A DNA stretch of 64,000 nucleotides from Desulfosudaceae bacterium. GTDB lineage: Bacteria > Desulfobacterota > Desulfobacteria > Desulfobacterales > Desulfosudaceae. Both the position numbers and the translations under genes were made by a program. Below the pieces are notes generated by a model. The model ran no database searches, was not told the origin of the DNA, and saw only the letters and a list, made by a program, of their open reading frames with translations. Location of the stretch: the NCBI GenBank assembly GCA_963674745.2, contig CAXXDV010000003.1, forward strand, positions 224,001 through 288,000. The letters are read 5' to 3'. The stretch's first letter is position 1; every line of letters starts with the position of its first letter. This document shows, piece by piece, positions 46,286 to 56,553 of the stretch.

Positions 46286-47806
46286 CTATAATGTGCTTTT
46301 TTCTGTCCATCCCCGGGAGCGTTTCACGGCTTCTTTCCAGGCATGGTAAAGTTTTTTTCTTTCCGGTCCGGGCATCTGCGGCTGCCATTCTTTGTCCTTG
46401 GCCCAGTTGGCCGTAAGGGATTCTTTTTTGTCCCAGTATCCCACGGCCAGGCCCGCGGCATAAGCCGCGCCCAGCACGGTCGATTCGGTCACGGCCGGGC
46501 GGATCACCGGTATCTGCAGCATGTCCGACTGAAACTGCATCAGAAAATCGTTGGCGGCCATACCGCCGTCCACCTTCAGGGACTTTAAATCAATACCCGA
46601 GTCCTTGGCCATGGCATCGAATATTTCGGCTGCTTGAAAGGCGGTCGCTTCCAGCGTCGCCCGGGCCAGATGGCCTTTGTTGGCGTAATGGGTCAAACCG
46701 ATCAGCAACCCCCGGGCCGTGCTGTCCCAGTGCGGGGCGAACAGGCCGGAAAAGGCCGGCACAAAATAGACGCCGCCGTTGTCGTTCACGGTCCGGGCCA
46801 GATCCTCAACCTGGGGTGACTCGATAATCAGCCCGATATTATCCCGCAGCCACTGCACCAAAGAACCGGCAATGGCGATGGATCCTTCCAGGGCGTAAAT
46901 TGCCGGTTCCTGACCGATTTTGTAAGCAACCGTGGTCAGCAGGCCATGGCGTGAGGGCGTGATCTTCCGGCCGGTATTGACCAGCATGAAACATCCGGTG
47001 CCGTAGGTGTTTTTGGCTTCCCCCGGCTCGAAACAGACCTGGCCGAAGAGGGCGGCCTGCTGGTCGCCTAGAATGCCGGCCACGGGTGTACCTTCATCAA
47101 CGCCCCAGCCCGAACATAAATGGCCGTATACGTCGCTCGAGGGTTTTATTTCGGGCAGCATGGTTTCGGAAATACCCATGACCTTCAGAATGTCCTTGTC
47201 CCATTCCAGGGTGTGCAGGTCCATCAGCAGGGTCCGGCTGGCGTTGGTTACATCGGTGACGTGGACCCCTTTGTCCGGACCGCCGGTCAGCCACCAGACC
47301 AGCCAGGTGTCCATGTTGCCGAACAGGGCGTTTCCCTGCCCGGCGGCCTGCCGGGCTTCTTCACAGTTGTCCAGGATCCATTTTATTTTAGGCCCGGAAA
47401 AATAGGTGGCCAGGGGCAGGCCGGTTTTGTCCCGGAACCGGTCGACCCCGCCGTCCGCGGCCAGCTCGCGGCAGATGCCGTCGGTGCGGGTGTCCTGCCA
47501 GACAATGGCATTGTAAAACGGTTGGCCGGTCCGTTTGTCCCAGACAACCGTTGTCTCGCGCTGGTTGGTGATGCCCACCGCGGCAATGGCATCAGGGAGA
47601 ATATTCTTTTTCTCCAGGGCGCCGGCAATGACGGCGGCCGTGTTGGTTTTGATCTCCATGGGATCGTGCTCGACCCAGTCCGGCTGGGGGTAAATCTGAC
47701 GATGCTCGAGCTGATGGCTGGAGACGATGGTGCCCTTCCGGTCAAATACGACAAAACGGGTGCTGGTGGTACCCTGATCTATGGCGGCGATATATTTCCC
47801 GGTCAT
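46286..47806 (-). CDS. glpK: Glycerol kinase
   Basis: [63 protein letters not shown]. Confidence 0.97.
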   Translation of the reverse strand: MTGKYIAAIDQGTTSTRFVVFDRKGTIVSSHQLEHRQIYPQPDWVEHDPMEIKTNTAAVIAGALEKKNILPDAIAAVGITNQRETTVVWDKRTGQPFYNAIVWQDTRTDGICRELAADGGVDRFRDKTGLPLATYFSGPKIKWILDNCEEARQAAGQGNALFGNMDTWLVWWLTGGPDKGVHVTDVTNASRTLLMDLHTLEWDKDILKVMGISETMLPEIKPSSDVYGHLCSGWGVDEGTPVAGILGDQQAALFGQVCFEPGEAKNTYGTGCFMLVNTGRKITPSRHGLLTTVAYKIGQEPAIYALEGSIAIAGSLVQWLRDNIGLIIESPQVEDLARTVNDNGGVYFVPAFSGLFAPHWDSTARGLLIGLTHYANKGHLARATLEATAFQAAEIFDAMAKDSGIDLKSLKVDGGMAANDFLMQFQSDMLQIPVIRPAVTESTVLGAAYAAGLAVGYWDKKESLTANWAKDKEWQPQMPGPERKKLYHAWKEAVKRSRGWTEKSTL

Positions 47807-48639
47807 GGTTTGCTTCCTTTCATCACATCGATCATGGAAAATACGGTTCCCTTATCTTTCCGGTCACAGGCCCGGTTCAGAAAAACAATGGCGTCGGCCG
47901 TGCCGCCGGCGTAAATGTCCCGTCCATTAATATTATGGGTGAATTCGAATTTTACGGTCTGGTCGGCTGACACCAGGGTGTAGGTGTGCCAGGCGTGTCC
48001 GCCGAGATATGCTTCGGGAATGTGCCAATCCCTGGCCTGTTTTTCCGGATCGCGTTCCTTGATGATATCGTTTTCCGAAAAACGGATGCCCATGGCGTTG
48101 AAATAGCCGACCATGGCTTTGGCCGTGCCGCTGGTGTCGGCTTTGCCCTGTTGATGACTTTCCTTGATGGCCAGTGAATATCCGTCAAACATGCCGGGAA
48201 ATTCCCGGGCGGCATATTCCATCATGGCCTGGAAGCCGACGATCTGTTTGGCCATGTTGGGCGCGATCACGGCGCTGATATCTGATTGACGGACCGTTTC
48301 AGCCAGCTTTTCCCGGTCACCGCCGGTGGTGCCCATGACAAAGGGCAATTTTTGCCGGCAGTAGAATTCACAATTGTCATTGACCGAGGAAGGGTGGGTG
48401 TAATCGACCGTGATGAACCGGCCGCGGGTGGCTTTGATTTCTTCAATGGCCGCTTCTTTTTTGTCCGGACGGACCAGGCGCACCGTGACCGGTCCGATGG
48501 ATACTTCCGGCTGCTCGATCTCCGGTCCGGTCAACGACCAGGGGATAAGCGCGAACCGGTCGTCATTGACCAGGCGGTCGGCTATCCTGGAAGCCACATT
48601 GCCGGGCAGGCCGTTTATCATTATTTCAATGGGTTTCAT
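47803..48639 (-). CDS. dapB: 4-hydroxy-tetrahydrodipicolinate reductase
   Basis: [44 protein letters not shown] overlap with glpK. Confidence 0.9.
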   Translation of the reverse strand: MKPIEIMINGLPGNVASRIADRLVNDDRFALIPWSLTGPEIEQPEVSIGPVTVRLVRPDKKEAAIEEIKATRGRFITVDYTHPSSVNDNCEFYCRQKLPFVMGTTGGDREKLAETVRQSDISAVIAPNMAKQIVGFQAMMEYAAREFPGMFDGYSLAIKESHQQGKADTSGTAKAMVGYFNAMGIRFSENDIIKERDPEKQARDWHIPEAYLGGHAWHTYTLVSADQTVKFEFTHNINGRDIYAGGTADAIVFLNRACDRKDKGTVFSMIDVMKGSKP

Positions 48640-48717
48640 GCCATTTCCTTTCCTGTTCACAAACCCAAATATATTAGCAGGAAAAAGACCGTATTTCCAG
48701 CTTGTAAATAAAAATTG

Positions 48718-48790
48718 GTTTTAAAGTTTTAGGGTTTTAGGTTTTAAGGTGGTTAAGTGATTAAGTGATTAAGTGATTAAGTGATTATGT
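48718..48790 (+). repeat. G/T-rich 8-mer arm (TTTTAGGG, TTAAGTGA x4); reverse-complement arm at about 49700-49775
   Basis: Seen directly in the sequence. Confidence 0.8.
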
Positions 48791-49115
48791 GGGCCCGGGT
48801 TTTCGAAAGGTTACGCTTTATATGCTCAGCTTTGACAGATCGAAAATTTGTTCTTTTTACCAGCATTTAGGGGTGATAAGCGTTAGCGCATCCACTATTG
48901 AATTTTGAGAAAAGCATGTTAACCTAAAGATGTGCCGGAAGATCTTGTAGTTGGAATTATTTTGGTTTTTATAGCAATTTCATAAAAAACAAGGCATGAC
49001 CCAACTGGGGTCGGAGCAACTTGCACGGCCGGAGGTGCCCGCCTTTCCAGCCTTATGTGAAAATTTTAGATAAAGTTAAGGCTTGTAAATGCTATCAGAC
49101 ATTTGGAGTGACAAC

Positions 49116-49393
49116 ATGACTAACAGTTTTTTCGGAAAAATCATAATTTATTCATTTAGTGGTTTCATTATTGGTATTTTGATTCTTATTGCAGCATTGA
49201 AAACTGAGACTATACCGATTTTAGGAGCTTTTTTGACTTTATCCATAAACCTGCGAGCTGGTTGGCTTATTTTTGGTCAGATATACTAAAATTGCCCCCA
49301 CAGAGTGAATTAGCTTTCGCAGTCGTGCCAATGGTCGCAGCAGTATTGCAATGGACCTTTTTGGGCTTTCTCTTTGGGTTATGGAAAAAATAA
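49116..49393 (+). pseudogene. AT-rich small membrane protein gene frameshifted at a T6 run (49229-49234)
   Basis: GGAG before ATG; adding one T joins MTNSFFGKIII...GAF to FDFIHKPASWLAYFW...LQWTFLGFLFGLWKK (92 aa). Confidence 0.55.
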
Positions 49394-49411
49394 AAGTTCT
49401 TGTGTTTTGCA

Positions 49412-49510
49412 CCCCGGCAACAAGTTGCCGGGGCCACCCGAGGCCGGGGCAATTAGAACTGACGGGGTTATTTGTACGGCCGGGGTGGCACTGACAACTT
49501 GTTGTCAGTG
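49412..49510. repeat. Inverted pair of REP-like hairpins of a different family (GGGTGG-ended)
   Basis: ccccggcaacaagttgccggggccaccc and gggtggcactgacaacttgttgtcagtg, related by compensatory stem changes. Confidence 0.65.
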
Positions 49511-49749
49511 TGCGAAGCAAAAGAGGACTTTGAGAAACAGCCACGCCATTGGGCACGGCACGCCGTGCCCCTACATAGTCATTTCGAATTTCAATCCTTA
49601 AACTTTAAAATCCCTACCTCTCCAGAAAACCTGACAACTTACCCATCTAATCACCTAAAACTTAAAAACCCAACACACTCGCACAGCAGGCCCTTAATCA
49701 AATAACCACCTAACCACTTAATCACCTAAAACCTTAAAACCTTAAAACC

Positions 49750-51468
49750 CTAAAACTTTAAAACCTTGCATGCCTTTTCGGCGGTGGCGGCAAGCTTCGG
49801 AAACAATTCGGTAACATTCGCTTCCAGGGCGCGGATATTCCTTATCAAACTATCAACCGCCGCGGGGATATACGGTTCAAACTGGGTTTTGTGCTTTTTG
49901 CGGGTCAGAAAGCCGAAGGCGCCCAGGGCCTGGAGGTTCCGGGTAACGGCGCAGCAGGCATAGCCTTTGTGGAAATCGTTTGTATTTACCGATTGTTGAG
50001 ATGATAATCCAATGATGTAATCGTCCAGCAGCTGTCTCTGAGTATCTACTTGAAGATTGACGTAGGGATCGATCAGCAGAGACGCCAGGTCATACTGGAT
50101 GGGCCCGCGGCGGGCGCCCTGAAAGTCGATAAAAAAAGGCTGATCATTGCTGATCATGATGTTGCGGGACTGCATGTCACGATGAACGAGGCCGGAGACG
50201 GCATATCTCAAGGTCAGGTCGGCCAGGCGGGAAAATTCTTCTTCCAGGCTCATGTCGGCGGGGTCCAGGCCGAGGTAGCCGGCCAGAAATTCGTCTTTAA
50301 AATACCGGCATTCCCGGTCAATGATGACGTTACGGTCATAGGACGGGGTCTGGTATGCCCAGGCATCATCAAAATCTTCGGCACCTTTGATGGCCAGTTC
50401 CAGCAGCCGCTCGATAACCGGCCGGTAGAGCCGGATGACCGTATCGTCGTCAGTAGCAGCACGGACAGCATCCTGAAGACTGACGTCACCCAGGTCCGCC
50501 ATAAAGGCCAGTCCGGCCAGGGGATCGGACAGGTATATCCGGGGCACGGCAATGCCTTTTTTAAACAGATGGCGGTTGATCATCGTGAAAGCCCTGGCTT
50601 CGCCTGTCTCGTCCGTGGTGCAAAGACCCCGATCACACGCAACCAGGGTGCCGGCTGAAGAATGAACACGAAACCAGCGGGTATCGGAGCCATCGGCGGC
50701 AAGAGGTTCAATCTTGGTGACGGTATCAACGCCGAAAGCCGCCTGCAGGGCCTGGCGGCTCATCTTTTCAAAAGCGATTTCCCGAAAGGCTTCAGGCGTG
50801 CCGATATCCTGCCATTGATGGCCTTGTGCGATACAGGCGGCAATGGTTTGTCCGTCGGCCAGCAGGTCTGAATAGACATCGATGATGTCGACAAAAGTGC
50901 CGGGGGGGATACGGTCCAGTAAGCGGGGATGGATGACATGGATACCGGTAAAGGCCAGCAGGCGTTCTCCCCCGGGGCGGGCATCGGCCGCCCGGTAAAA
51001 GCGGGCCACCCGGTCACGATCGTCGACAGCCACGGAGTTGAATCTTTCACAATCGTGCAGGACCATGGTGACGTCATGATCATGCCGCAAATGAAAACGG
51101 TAAGCACTTTCAAGGTCAATGTCGGTGATAATATCACTGTTGATTACCACAAAGGGGGTGTCGCCGAAAAAACCGGCATTGTTTTTCATGGCCCCGGCCG
51201 TACCCAGGATGTCCGGCTCGAACGAGAGCCGGACCGGAATGTCGTAGTCGCGACTTTCGCAATGGGTTTTAATTTTTTTCGCCAGATGATGGGTATTAAT
51301 GGTCACGCCACTGCAACCGGCCGTTGTCAGTTGTTCGATGATGATATCCAGAATTGGCACATTGTTGATGGTAAACAGGGGTTTGGGCAGATGGCGGGTA
51401 TAAGGCCGCAGCCGGGTGCCGTACCCGGCTGCCAGAATCAGGGCTTTCCATGGCGGTAAACGGGTCAT
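49750..51468 (-). CDS. MurU-like nucleotidyltransferase fused to AmgK-like anomeric sugar kinase
   Basis: ILAAGYGTRLRP..PKPL, DIGTP; C-terminal DGS..R.FR, DLGD, HRDMQSRN, IDFQGA..GP..YDLASLL, RNLQALGAF. Confidence 0.87.
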   Translation of the reverse strand: MTRLPPWKALILAAGYGTRLRPYTRHLPKPLFTINNVPILDIIIEQLTTAGCSGVTINTHHLAKKIKTHCESRDYDIPVRLSFEPDILGTAGAMKNNAGFFGDTPFVVINSDIITDIDLESAYRFHLRHDHDVTMVLHDCERFNSVAVDDRDRVARFYRAADARPGGERLLAFTGIHVIHPRLLDRIPPGTFVDIIDVYSDLLADGQTIAACIAQGHQWQDIGTPEAFREIAFEKMSRQALQAAFGVDTVTKIEPLAADGSDTRWFRVHSSAGTLVACDRGLCTTDETGEARAFTMINRHLFKKGIAVPRIYLSDPLAGLAFMADLGDVSLQDAVRAATDDDTVIRLYRPVIERLLELAIKGAEDFDDAWAYQTPSYDRNVIIDRECRYFKDEFLAGYLGLDPADMSLEEEFSRLADLTLRYAVSGLVHRDMQSRNIMISNDQPFFIDFQGARRGPIQYDLASLLIDPYVNLQVDTQRQLLDDYIIGLSSQQSVNTNDFHKGYACCAVTRNLQALGAFGFLTRKKHKTQFEPYIPAAVDSLIRNIRALEANVTELFPKLAATAEKACKVLKF

Positions 51469-54095
51469 GCCAGAAGCATCAGGTAATTACGGATGGTGTC
51501 TTCATAAAAATCGGCCTTGGTCCGGTCGTCGCCCTTGACCAGGGGTTCACCCGAAAAGAACCGCAGCGCGTTTTTGATGGTCGGGGTGGAAACCGCTTCT
51601 AAGCATTCGATCTCGTTGTTTTTATACATGCGGCGGCCGTGGTTCAGCGCTTTTTTAATCATTTCTTTGGCATCCGATGTTTTCGGCTCCTGTCTTAAAA
51701 AGGTCAGGGCGATCAAGTAGGACTCAAAATAAGGCGTCAAAAACGAAGAAAAGAGTTTCAGTTTTTTGAATCCGTCCGAAGTCAGGTCGAAGTTGCCGGG
51801 TATTGATTTATGGGGTGTCAGCATGCCCCGTTCAATAAAGGTGCTGACGCTCTTTTTGGTAAAATATTCGGAATCCTTGTCGGTCTGCAGAACAAATTCA
51901 TTTCTGAAGAATTTACGCAGAAAGTTGAACTCCTTGTGAATGTCCAGGCTGGCGAACTGAAAATTGTCGATCTTGAGGATGGACAGGGCCGTAAAAGCGG
52001 CCGGAACAAAAAAGATGATGCAGTTGTTTTTATAATATTCCATGGCCGGCCGTTTGCTTTCGTTGACCATGTACAGGGGGTTTTCCAGGTCCGTGTCAAT
52101 CTGAAATCGTTCGATGAACTTGCGCTGGATAAACGAATCCAGGGCTATGCTGAAAGCGTGGTTATGATCGCTGGTAATCGTGTCCGAAAGCCGGACATCC
52201 ATTGATTTGAGGCAGACCAGGTAGGTGTTGATGATGTCCATCAGGTACTGATAGGTAAAACGCCGCTGGGGGCAGTTTAAAATGGCGCTGGAGACGATCC
52301 CGTAAGGCGTGATGGTGGTAACGTCATTTATGCGGTTGATCAGGATGCGGGAAAGCCGGTCGATAAACTGCTTTTTGTCTTCCGCGGATTTGCCGGTCAA
52401 AGATGAGCGGGTCCGGGACAGGAATTCGTTCAATGAGACCGGCTCGTTGAAATTGACATACACTTTTCCGTATCGGGATTTTAAGGACTTTCTGGCCTTG
52501 ATCAGGGCCGGCAGGCTTTCCGCCTTTTTTTCACCGCCTTCGGATTCGTGAACGTAGGCAGCCTCCTCGATGATCCGGTCATAACCGATATTGACCGGCA
52601 CAAAGATCATGTCCGGGCAGGCACCGTTTTCATAAGCGTCCAGCAGGATGGACAGCAGCCCGGTTTTGGGCGTCAGGGTTTTGCCGGTTCTGCTGCGGGT
52701 ACCTTCCAGAAAGAATTCAATACTGAATCCTTCGGCAAGCAGTTTGTACATATATTCTAAAAAAACTTTGGCATACAGTTTCTGCCCCTTGAACGTCCGT
52801 CTCATGAAAAAGGCGCCGCCGCCGCGGAAGATGGTCCCCATGGGCCAGAAAGACAAATTCTGACCGGCCGCGATATGCGGGCAGGCCATGTTGTTATGGT
52901 ATAGGACATAAGACAGCACCAGGTAATCGATATGGCTTTTGTGGGTGGGCACAAATATCAGGGGCGCACGTTCGGATTCTTTTTTCAGTTTTTCCAGGTT
53001 GTCCTGATCGATGGCGATACCGTCGAAAATATGTTTCAGCATCCAGGTCAGGACCAGGTCAAACATCATGATCCAGTTCAGGTTGTAATCGGCGGCAATT
53101 TCATCAAGGAAACGGTAGGCTTCCTTGTTGATGTCGCGCACCTGGCGATCGGTATTTATGGCCATCTCTTCGACAAACGACTGCAGCCGGGGGCTGGCCA
53201 TGATGTTTTCCTTGATTTCTTCCCTGGACTTGATGATCGGCCCGGTGACGCGCTGCCGAAGGCGGTTGATGGACATCAGCACCATTCGTCGCAAGGCCAG
53301 GGCCTGGTTGTCGGCCGACATTTCCCGGATATCGGGCTGACGCAGAAAATCGCGCAGGTCAATGGGGTCGGCCATTTCAACGAAAATGTTTTTTGATCTG
53401 GAGACCAGCAGAAAAAGACGGCGCAGGATGCCGGGCCTTTGCGCCAGGCCGCCGAACATTGAATCCAGAAGGCTGAATTTCGCCCTGGCCGGACGCCTGG
53501 AAAAGAACATGTTCTGGGGCACGATATAAATCGGGCGATCGATGGATTTCTGAATGGCGATCAGTTCCTGGACGGGGTTGCTCTTTGATTTGATAAGTCC
53601 CCGGTAAAAGGCCTTTCTGCCGAACAAGGAAAAATAGGCCGTGCGGCCATTGGTGAGTTCTTCTTTGAAATACTGGTTCTTGTACGGAGAAAGAATCGAA
53701 AACCGGGTCAGCAGATGATCGATATGGGCCATCACCACCACAAAAATCCTGGATACCGGTTGCGCCAGAAACAACCGATAGCCGAGGGCCAGTTCCGGCG
53801 CCGGCAGGTCGTGCTTGTGGTATTGCCGGTTGCAGTAAAAAAAATCCAGCTTGCTTTTGTATTTGCCGGCATAAACAATGACACCGGTCTGGTTCAGCCG
53901 GTTAACCAGATCCGTCATGTCGTTGTTGACCGTTACCCGGGAAAAAAGAAACTCCGTCAGCCGGCTCGATGGCCGCGCTTTTCCGTTGGGCAGGAAGCTG
54001 AGAAAATGATTGTGGGTGCCGCCTAAAAGCCGCTGCCGGCCGTTGCTGAAAAAACGTCCCAAAGCAGCAGATATTTTTTTGATCCAGTTTGCCAT
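51465..54095 (-). CDS. plsB: Glycerol-3-phosphate O-acyltransferase (PlsB-like)
   Basis: PTHKSHIDY (HxxxxD), AAGQNL, GAFFMRR, FFLEGTRSRTGK, IGYDRIIE. Confidence 0.87.
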   Translation of the reverse strand: MANWIKKISAALGRFFSNGRQRLLGGTHNHFLSFLPNGKARPSSRLTEFLFSRVTVNNDMTDLVNRLNQTGVIVYAGKYKSKLDFFYCNRQYHKHDLPAPELALGYRLFLAQPVSRIFVVVMAHIDHLLTRFSILSPYKNQYFKEELTNGRTAYFSLFGRKAFYRGLIKSKSNPVQELIAIQKSIDRPIYIVPQNMFFSRRPARAKFSLLDSMFGGLAQRPGILRRLFLLVSRSKNIFVEMADPIDLRDFLRQPDIREMSADNQALALRRMVLMSINRLRQRVTGPIIKSREEIKENIMASPRLQSFVEEMAINTDRQVRDINKEAYRFLDEIAADYNLNWIMMFDLVLTWMLKHIFDGIAIDQDNLEKLKKESERAPLIFVPTHKSHIDYLVLSYVLYHNNMACPHIAAGQNLSFWPMGTIFRGGGAFFMRRTFKGQKLYAKVFLEYMYKLLAEGFSIEFFLEGTRSRTGKTLTPKTGLLSILLDAYENGACPDMIFVPVNIGYDRIIEEAAYVHESEGGEKKAESLPALIKARKSLKSRYGKVYVNFNEPVSLNEFLSRTRSSLTGKSAEDKKQFIDRLSRILINRINDVTTITPYGIVSSAILNCPQRRFTYQYLMDIINTYLVCLKSMDVRLSDTITSDHNHAFSIALDSFIQRKFIERFQIDTDLENPLYMVNESKRPAMEYYKNNCIIFFVPAAFTALSILKIDNFQFASLDIHKEFNFLRKFFRNEFVLQTDKDSEYFTKKSVSTFIERGMLTPHKSIPGNFDLTSDGFKKLKLFSSFLTPYFESYLIALTFLRQEPKTSDAKEMIKKALNHGRRMYKNNEIECLEAVSTPTIKNALRFFSGEPLVKGDDRTKADFYEDTIRNYLMLLA

Positions 54096-54334
54096 GATGA
54101 GATCCCAAGTGTGATAAGATGTTAAGTCTCGGGTCGAATAAAACACAGTTATTAATTATTCGCTGATACCAGATTGAGGTGCGATTTGCAACAAGATATA
54201 GATCTTTCGTTAATGTTTACAAACCGATCAACCATATCTTCAGATATTGTGAAACAGTTGACGATGACGGATGATCCAGACTGCTTTTCACCTTGACACA
54301 GGTCGTCCGGTTTAGTAGGAAAATAAAAAGTTTA

Positions 54335-54497
54335 GAGATACCCTTATGTGATCGGTCGGTTAACGGAACCCGGTGGAAATCCGGGGCGGTCCCGCCGCTG
54401 TAACCCTGACAGGCGCTTTTTTGGAAGATGGCCACTGTGTCGTTTAAACGATGCGGGAAGGCTGAAAAAGCACGGGGAAGCCAGAAGACGAGCCGGG
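54335..54497 (+). ncRNA. Cobalamin riboswitch
   Basis: GGAACCCGGTGGAAATCCGGGGCGGTCCCGCCGCTGTAA...GCCACTG...GGGAAGG...AAGCCAGAAGAC upstream of cobT; ends approximate. Confidence 0.92.
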
Positions 54498-54524
54498 CGG
54501 TCGATATGTGTGGAACCTGATGGT

Positions 54525-54575
54525 AAAGGGTTTTGGCAGGAGTTTTATTTGTATTCCTGCCGGAACCCTTTTTTT
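54525..54575 (+). terminator. Attenuator terminator of the riboswitch expression platform
   Basis: aaagggttttggcagga...tcctgccggaaccc hairpin followed by a T run. Confidence 0.75.
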
Positions 54576-54583
54576 ATGGGAAG

Positions 54584-54668
54584 GTAAGGGCGACCCGCCG
54601 GAAGGGCGACCAGCCGGTCGCCCCTACACGGGTGCCACGGTCGGTGGGGCGACCGGCTGGTCGCCCTT
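54584..54668. repeat. REP pair (GGGCGACCRGCYGGTCGCCC class) in the cobT leader
   Basis: gggcgaccagccggtcgcccctac and gtggggcgaccggctggtcgccc. Confidence 0.75.
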
Positions 54669-54683
54669 GCTTTAGGAGGAAAC

Positions 54684-55748
54684 ATGAAACAGCTTGAAGA
54701 AACGATAAATGCGATTGTTCCGGTGGATGAGAAAATTTTTGAACAGGCTCGCCAGCGACTGGCCGACCAGGCCAAGCCGGCCGGCAGTCTGGGGGTGCTC
54801 GAAGACGTTTCGGCCCGTCTGGCGGCCATTACCGGGACCCTGGACGTGCGGTTGAAGAACAAGATCATTATTGTCTGTGCCGGTGATCACGGTGTGGTTG
54901 ATGATGGTGTCAGCCTGTTCCCCCAGGAGGTGACCGCCCAGATGGTGTACAACTTTGTGGACGGCGGTGCGTCCATCAATGTTCTGGCCCGGCATGCCGG
55001 GGCCGAGGTCAAGGTGGCCGATCTGGGGGTGAATTATGATTTTGAACCGGATCTGCCCGTATTTCACAAAAAAATCGGCAAGGGTACCGCCAGTTTCGCT
55101 CACGGTCCGGCCATGACCCGGGAAGCGGCCGTGGCCTCAATCTGTGCCGGAATTGAAATCGTGGAAGAACTGTTTGCGGCCGGTCCGGTGGACATGATCG
55201 GCACCGGCGACATGGGCATCGGCAACACCACGCCCTCTTCGGCTATTATCGCGTCCTTTTCCGGCCTTGATCCGGCTGATTTGACCGGTCGCGGCACGGG
55301 TATCGACGATGAAGGCTGGAAGAAAAAAGTGGCGGTTATCCGCCAGGGCCTTGAGGTTAACAACCCGGACCCGGCCGATGCCATTGATGTCCTGGCCAAG
55401 GTCGGCGGATTTGAAATCGGCGGCCTGGCCGGACTGGTGCTGGGATCTGCCGCCCGGGGCATCCCGGTGGTGTGTGACGGCCTGATTTCCACGGCCGGGG
55501 CGTTGATCGCCTGCGAGCTGGCACCGACAGCAAAACAATATGTGTTTGCCAGCCATGTTTCGGTCGAGGCCGGACACAAATTCATGCATGAGCGTTTGGG
55601 ACTGGCCCCTCTGCTTGACCTGAAGCTACGGTTGGGCGAAGGCACCGGTGCGGCCATTGCCATGGAGTTGCTGGATGCGGCCACCCGTGTCCTGGCGGAG
55701 ATTAAAACCTTTGCCGAGGTGAACATCAGGGATGTGCAGAAAGGATAG
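54684..55748 (+). CDS. cobT: Nicotinate-nucleotide-dimethylbenzimidazole phosphoribosyltransferase
   Basis: KPAGSLGVLE, AGDHGV, GDMGIGNTT, GRGTG, GGFEIG, LRLGEGTGA. Confidence 0.96.
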   Translation: MKQLEETINAIVPVDEKIFEQARQRLADQAKPAGSLGVLEDVSARLAAITGTLDVRLKNKIIIVCAGDHGVVDDGVSLFPQEVTAQMVYNFVDGGASINVLARHAGAEVKVADLGVNYDFEPDLPVFHKKIGKGTASFAHGPAMTREAAVASICAGIEIVEELFAAGPVDMIGTGDMGIGNTTPSSAIIASFSGLDPADLTGRGTGIDDEGWKKKVAVIRQGLEVNNPDPADAIDVLAKVGGFEIGGLAGLVLGSAARGIPVVCDGLISTAGALIACELAPTAKQYVFASHVSVEAGHKFMHERLGLAPLLDLKLRLGEGTGAAIAMELLDAATRVLAEIKTFAEVNIRDVQKG

Positions 55749-55882
55749 GGCAACCACAGGGGGTTGCCCCTACAGGTCGAGGCGGGCGTTCATGAATCAT
55801 GTAGGGGCAGGCCCCCGTGCCTGCCCGAAAACGGGTAGGGCGGCCACAAACAGATAGGGCAACCACAGGGGGGTGCCCCTAC
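55748..55882. repeat. Three REPs between convergent genes
   Basis: Copies at 55748-73, 55801-26 and 55857-82, same family as the 2580 cluster. Confidence 0.88.
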
Positions 55883-55907
55883 AGGTCATGGTGACGAGGA
55901 GTAATAT

Positions 55908-56549
55908 TTATTCCGATTGCTTGAGGGTCAGGGCACCTGTCGGGCAGACCTCAATGCAGGCCTGGCAGGCGGCTTCGTCAACGGCCTGGCCTTTGGGCGG
56001 CAGCAGCGGGGTGACGACGGTGTCGCTGCCCCGGCCGGTAAAGGTGAACAGGGGCTGCCCGTTTTTATCCCGGCAGGTGTTGACGCACCGGCCGCATAAA
56101 ACGCAACGGTCGCGGTTGTAATCCAGAACCGGATGGGATGTGTCGATGATACCGGTCGGTTCATAAGGCGGAAACTCTTTTGGTTTTAATTTGACCTTGA
56201 GAAATTTGGCCAGGTTCTGCAATTCACACTGCTTGTTGGCCGGGCAATGTCCGCAGTCCACATGATGGTTGGACAACAGCAGCTTTAACCCGGTCCTTTG
56301 CAGTTCCCGGATGGTCTCAGTATCGGTCCACACCTCCATGTCATTTTCCACGATGGTGGTGCAGGCGGTCACCGGCCGGTCAAAACCCTTAATTTCGACA
56401 AAACAGAGACGGCACGAGGCCGGCGGGTTGGGCAGTTCTTTGACCCAGCACAGGTTGGGGATATAGATTTCGCTGTCCAGCGCCGCCTGAAGCAGGCTGA
56501 TGCCTTCTTCGGCGTGTATCTCCCAGTTATCGATATATAGTTTTATCAT
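55908..56549 (-). CDS. NuoG-N/HoxU-like Fe-S subunit
   Basis: IPNLC, SCRLCFVE, TAC, HHVDCGHCPANKQC, CVLCGRCV, ACIEVCPTGAL; no catalytic domain. Confidence 0.9.
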   Translation of the reverse strand: MIKLYIDNWEIHAEEGISLLQAALDSEIYIPNLCWVKELPNPPASCRLCFVEIKGFDRPVTACTTIVENDMEVWTDTETIRELQRTGLKLLLSNHHVDCGHCPANKQCELQNLAKFLKVKLKPKEFPPYEPTGIIDTSHPVLDYNRDRCVLCGRCVNTCRDKNGQPLFTFTGRGSDTVVTPLLPPKGQAVDEAACQACIEVCPTGALTLKQSE

Positions 56550-56553
56550 GGCG

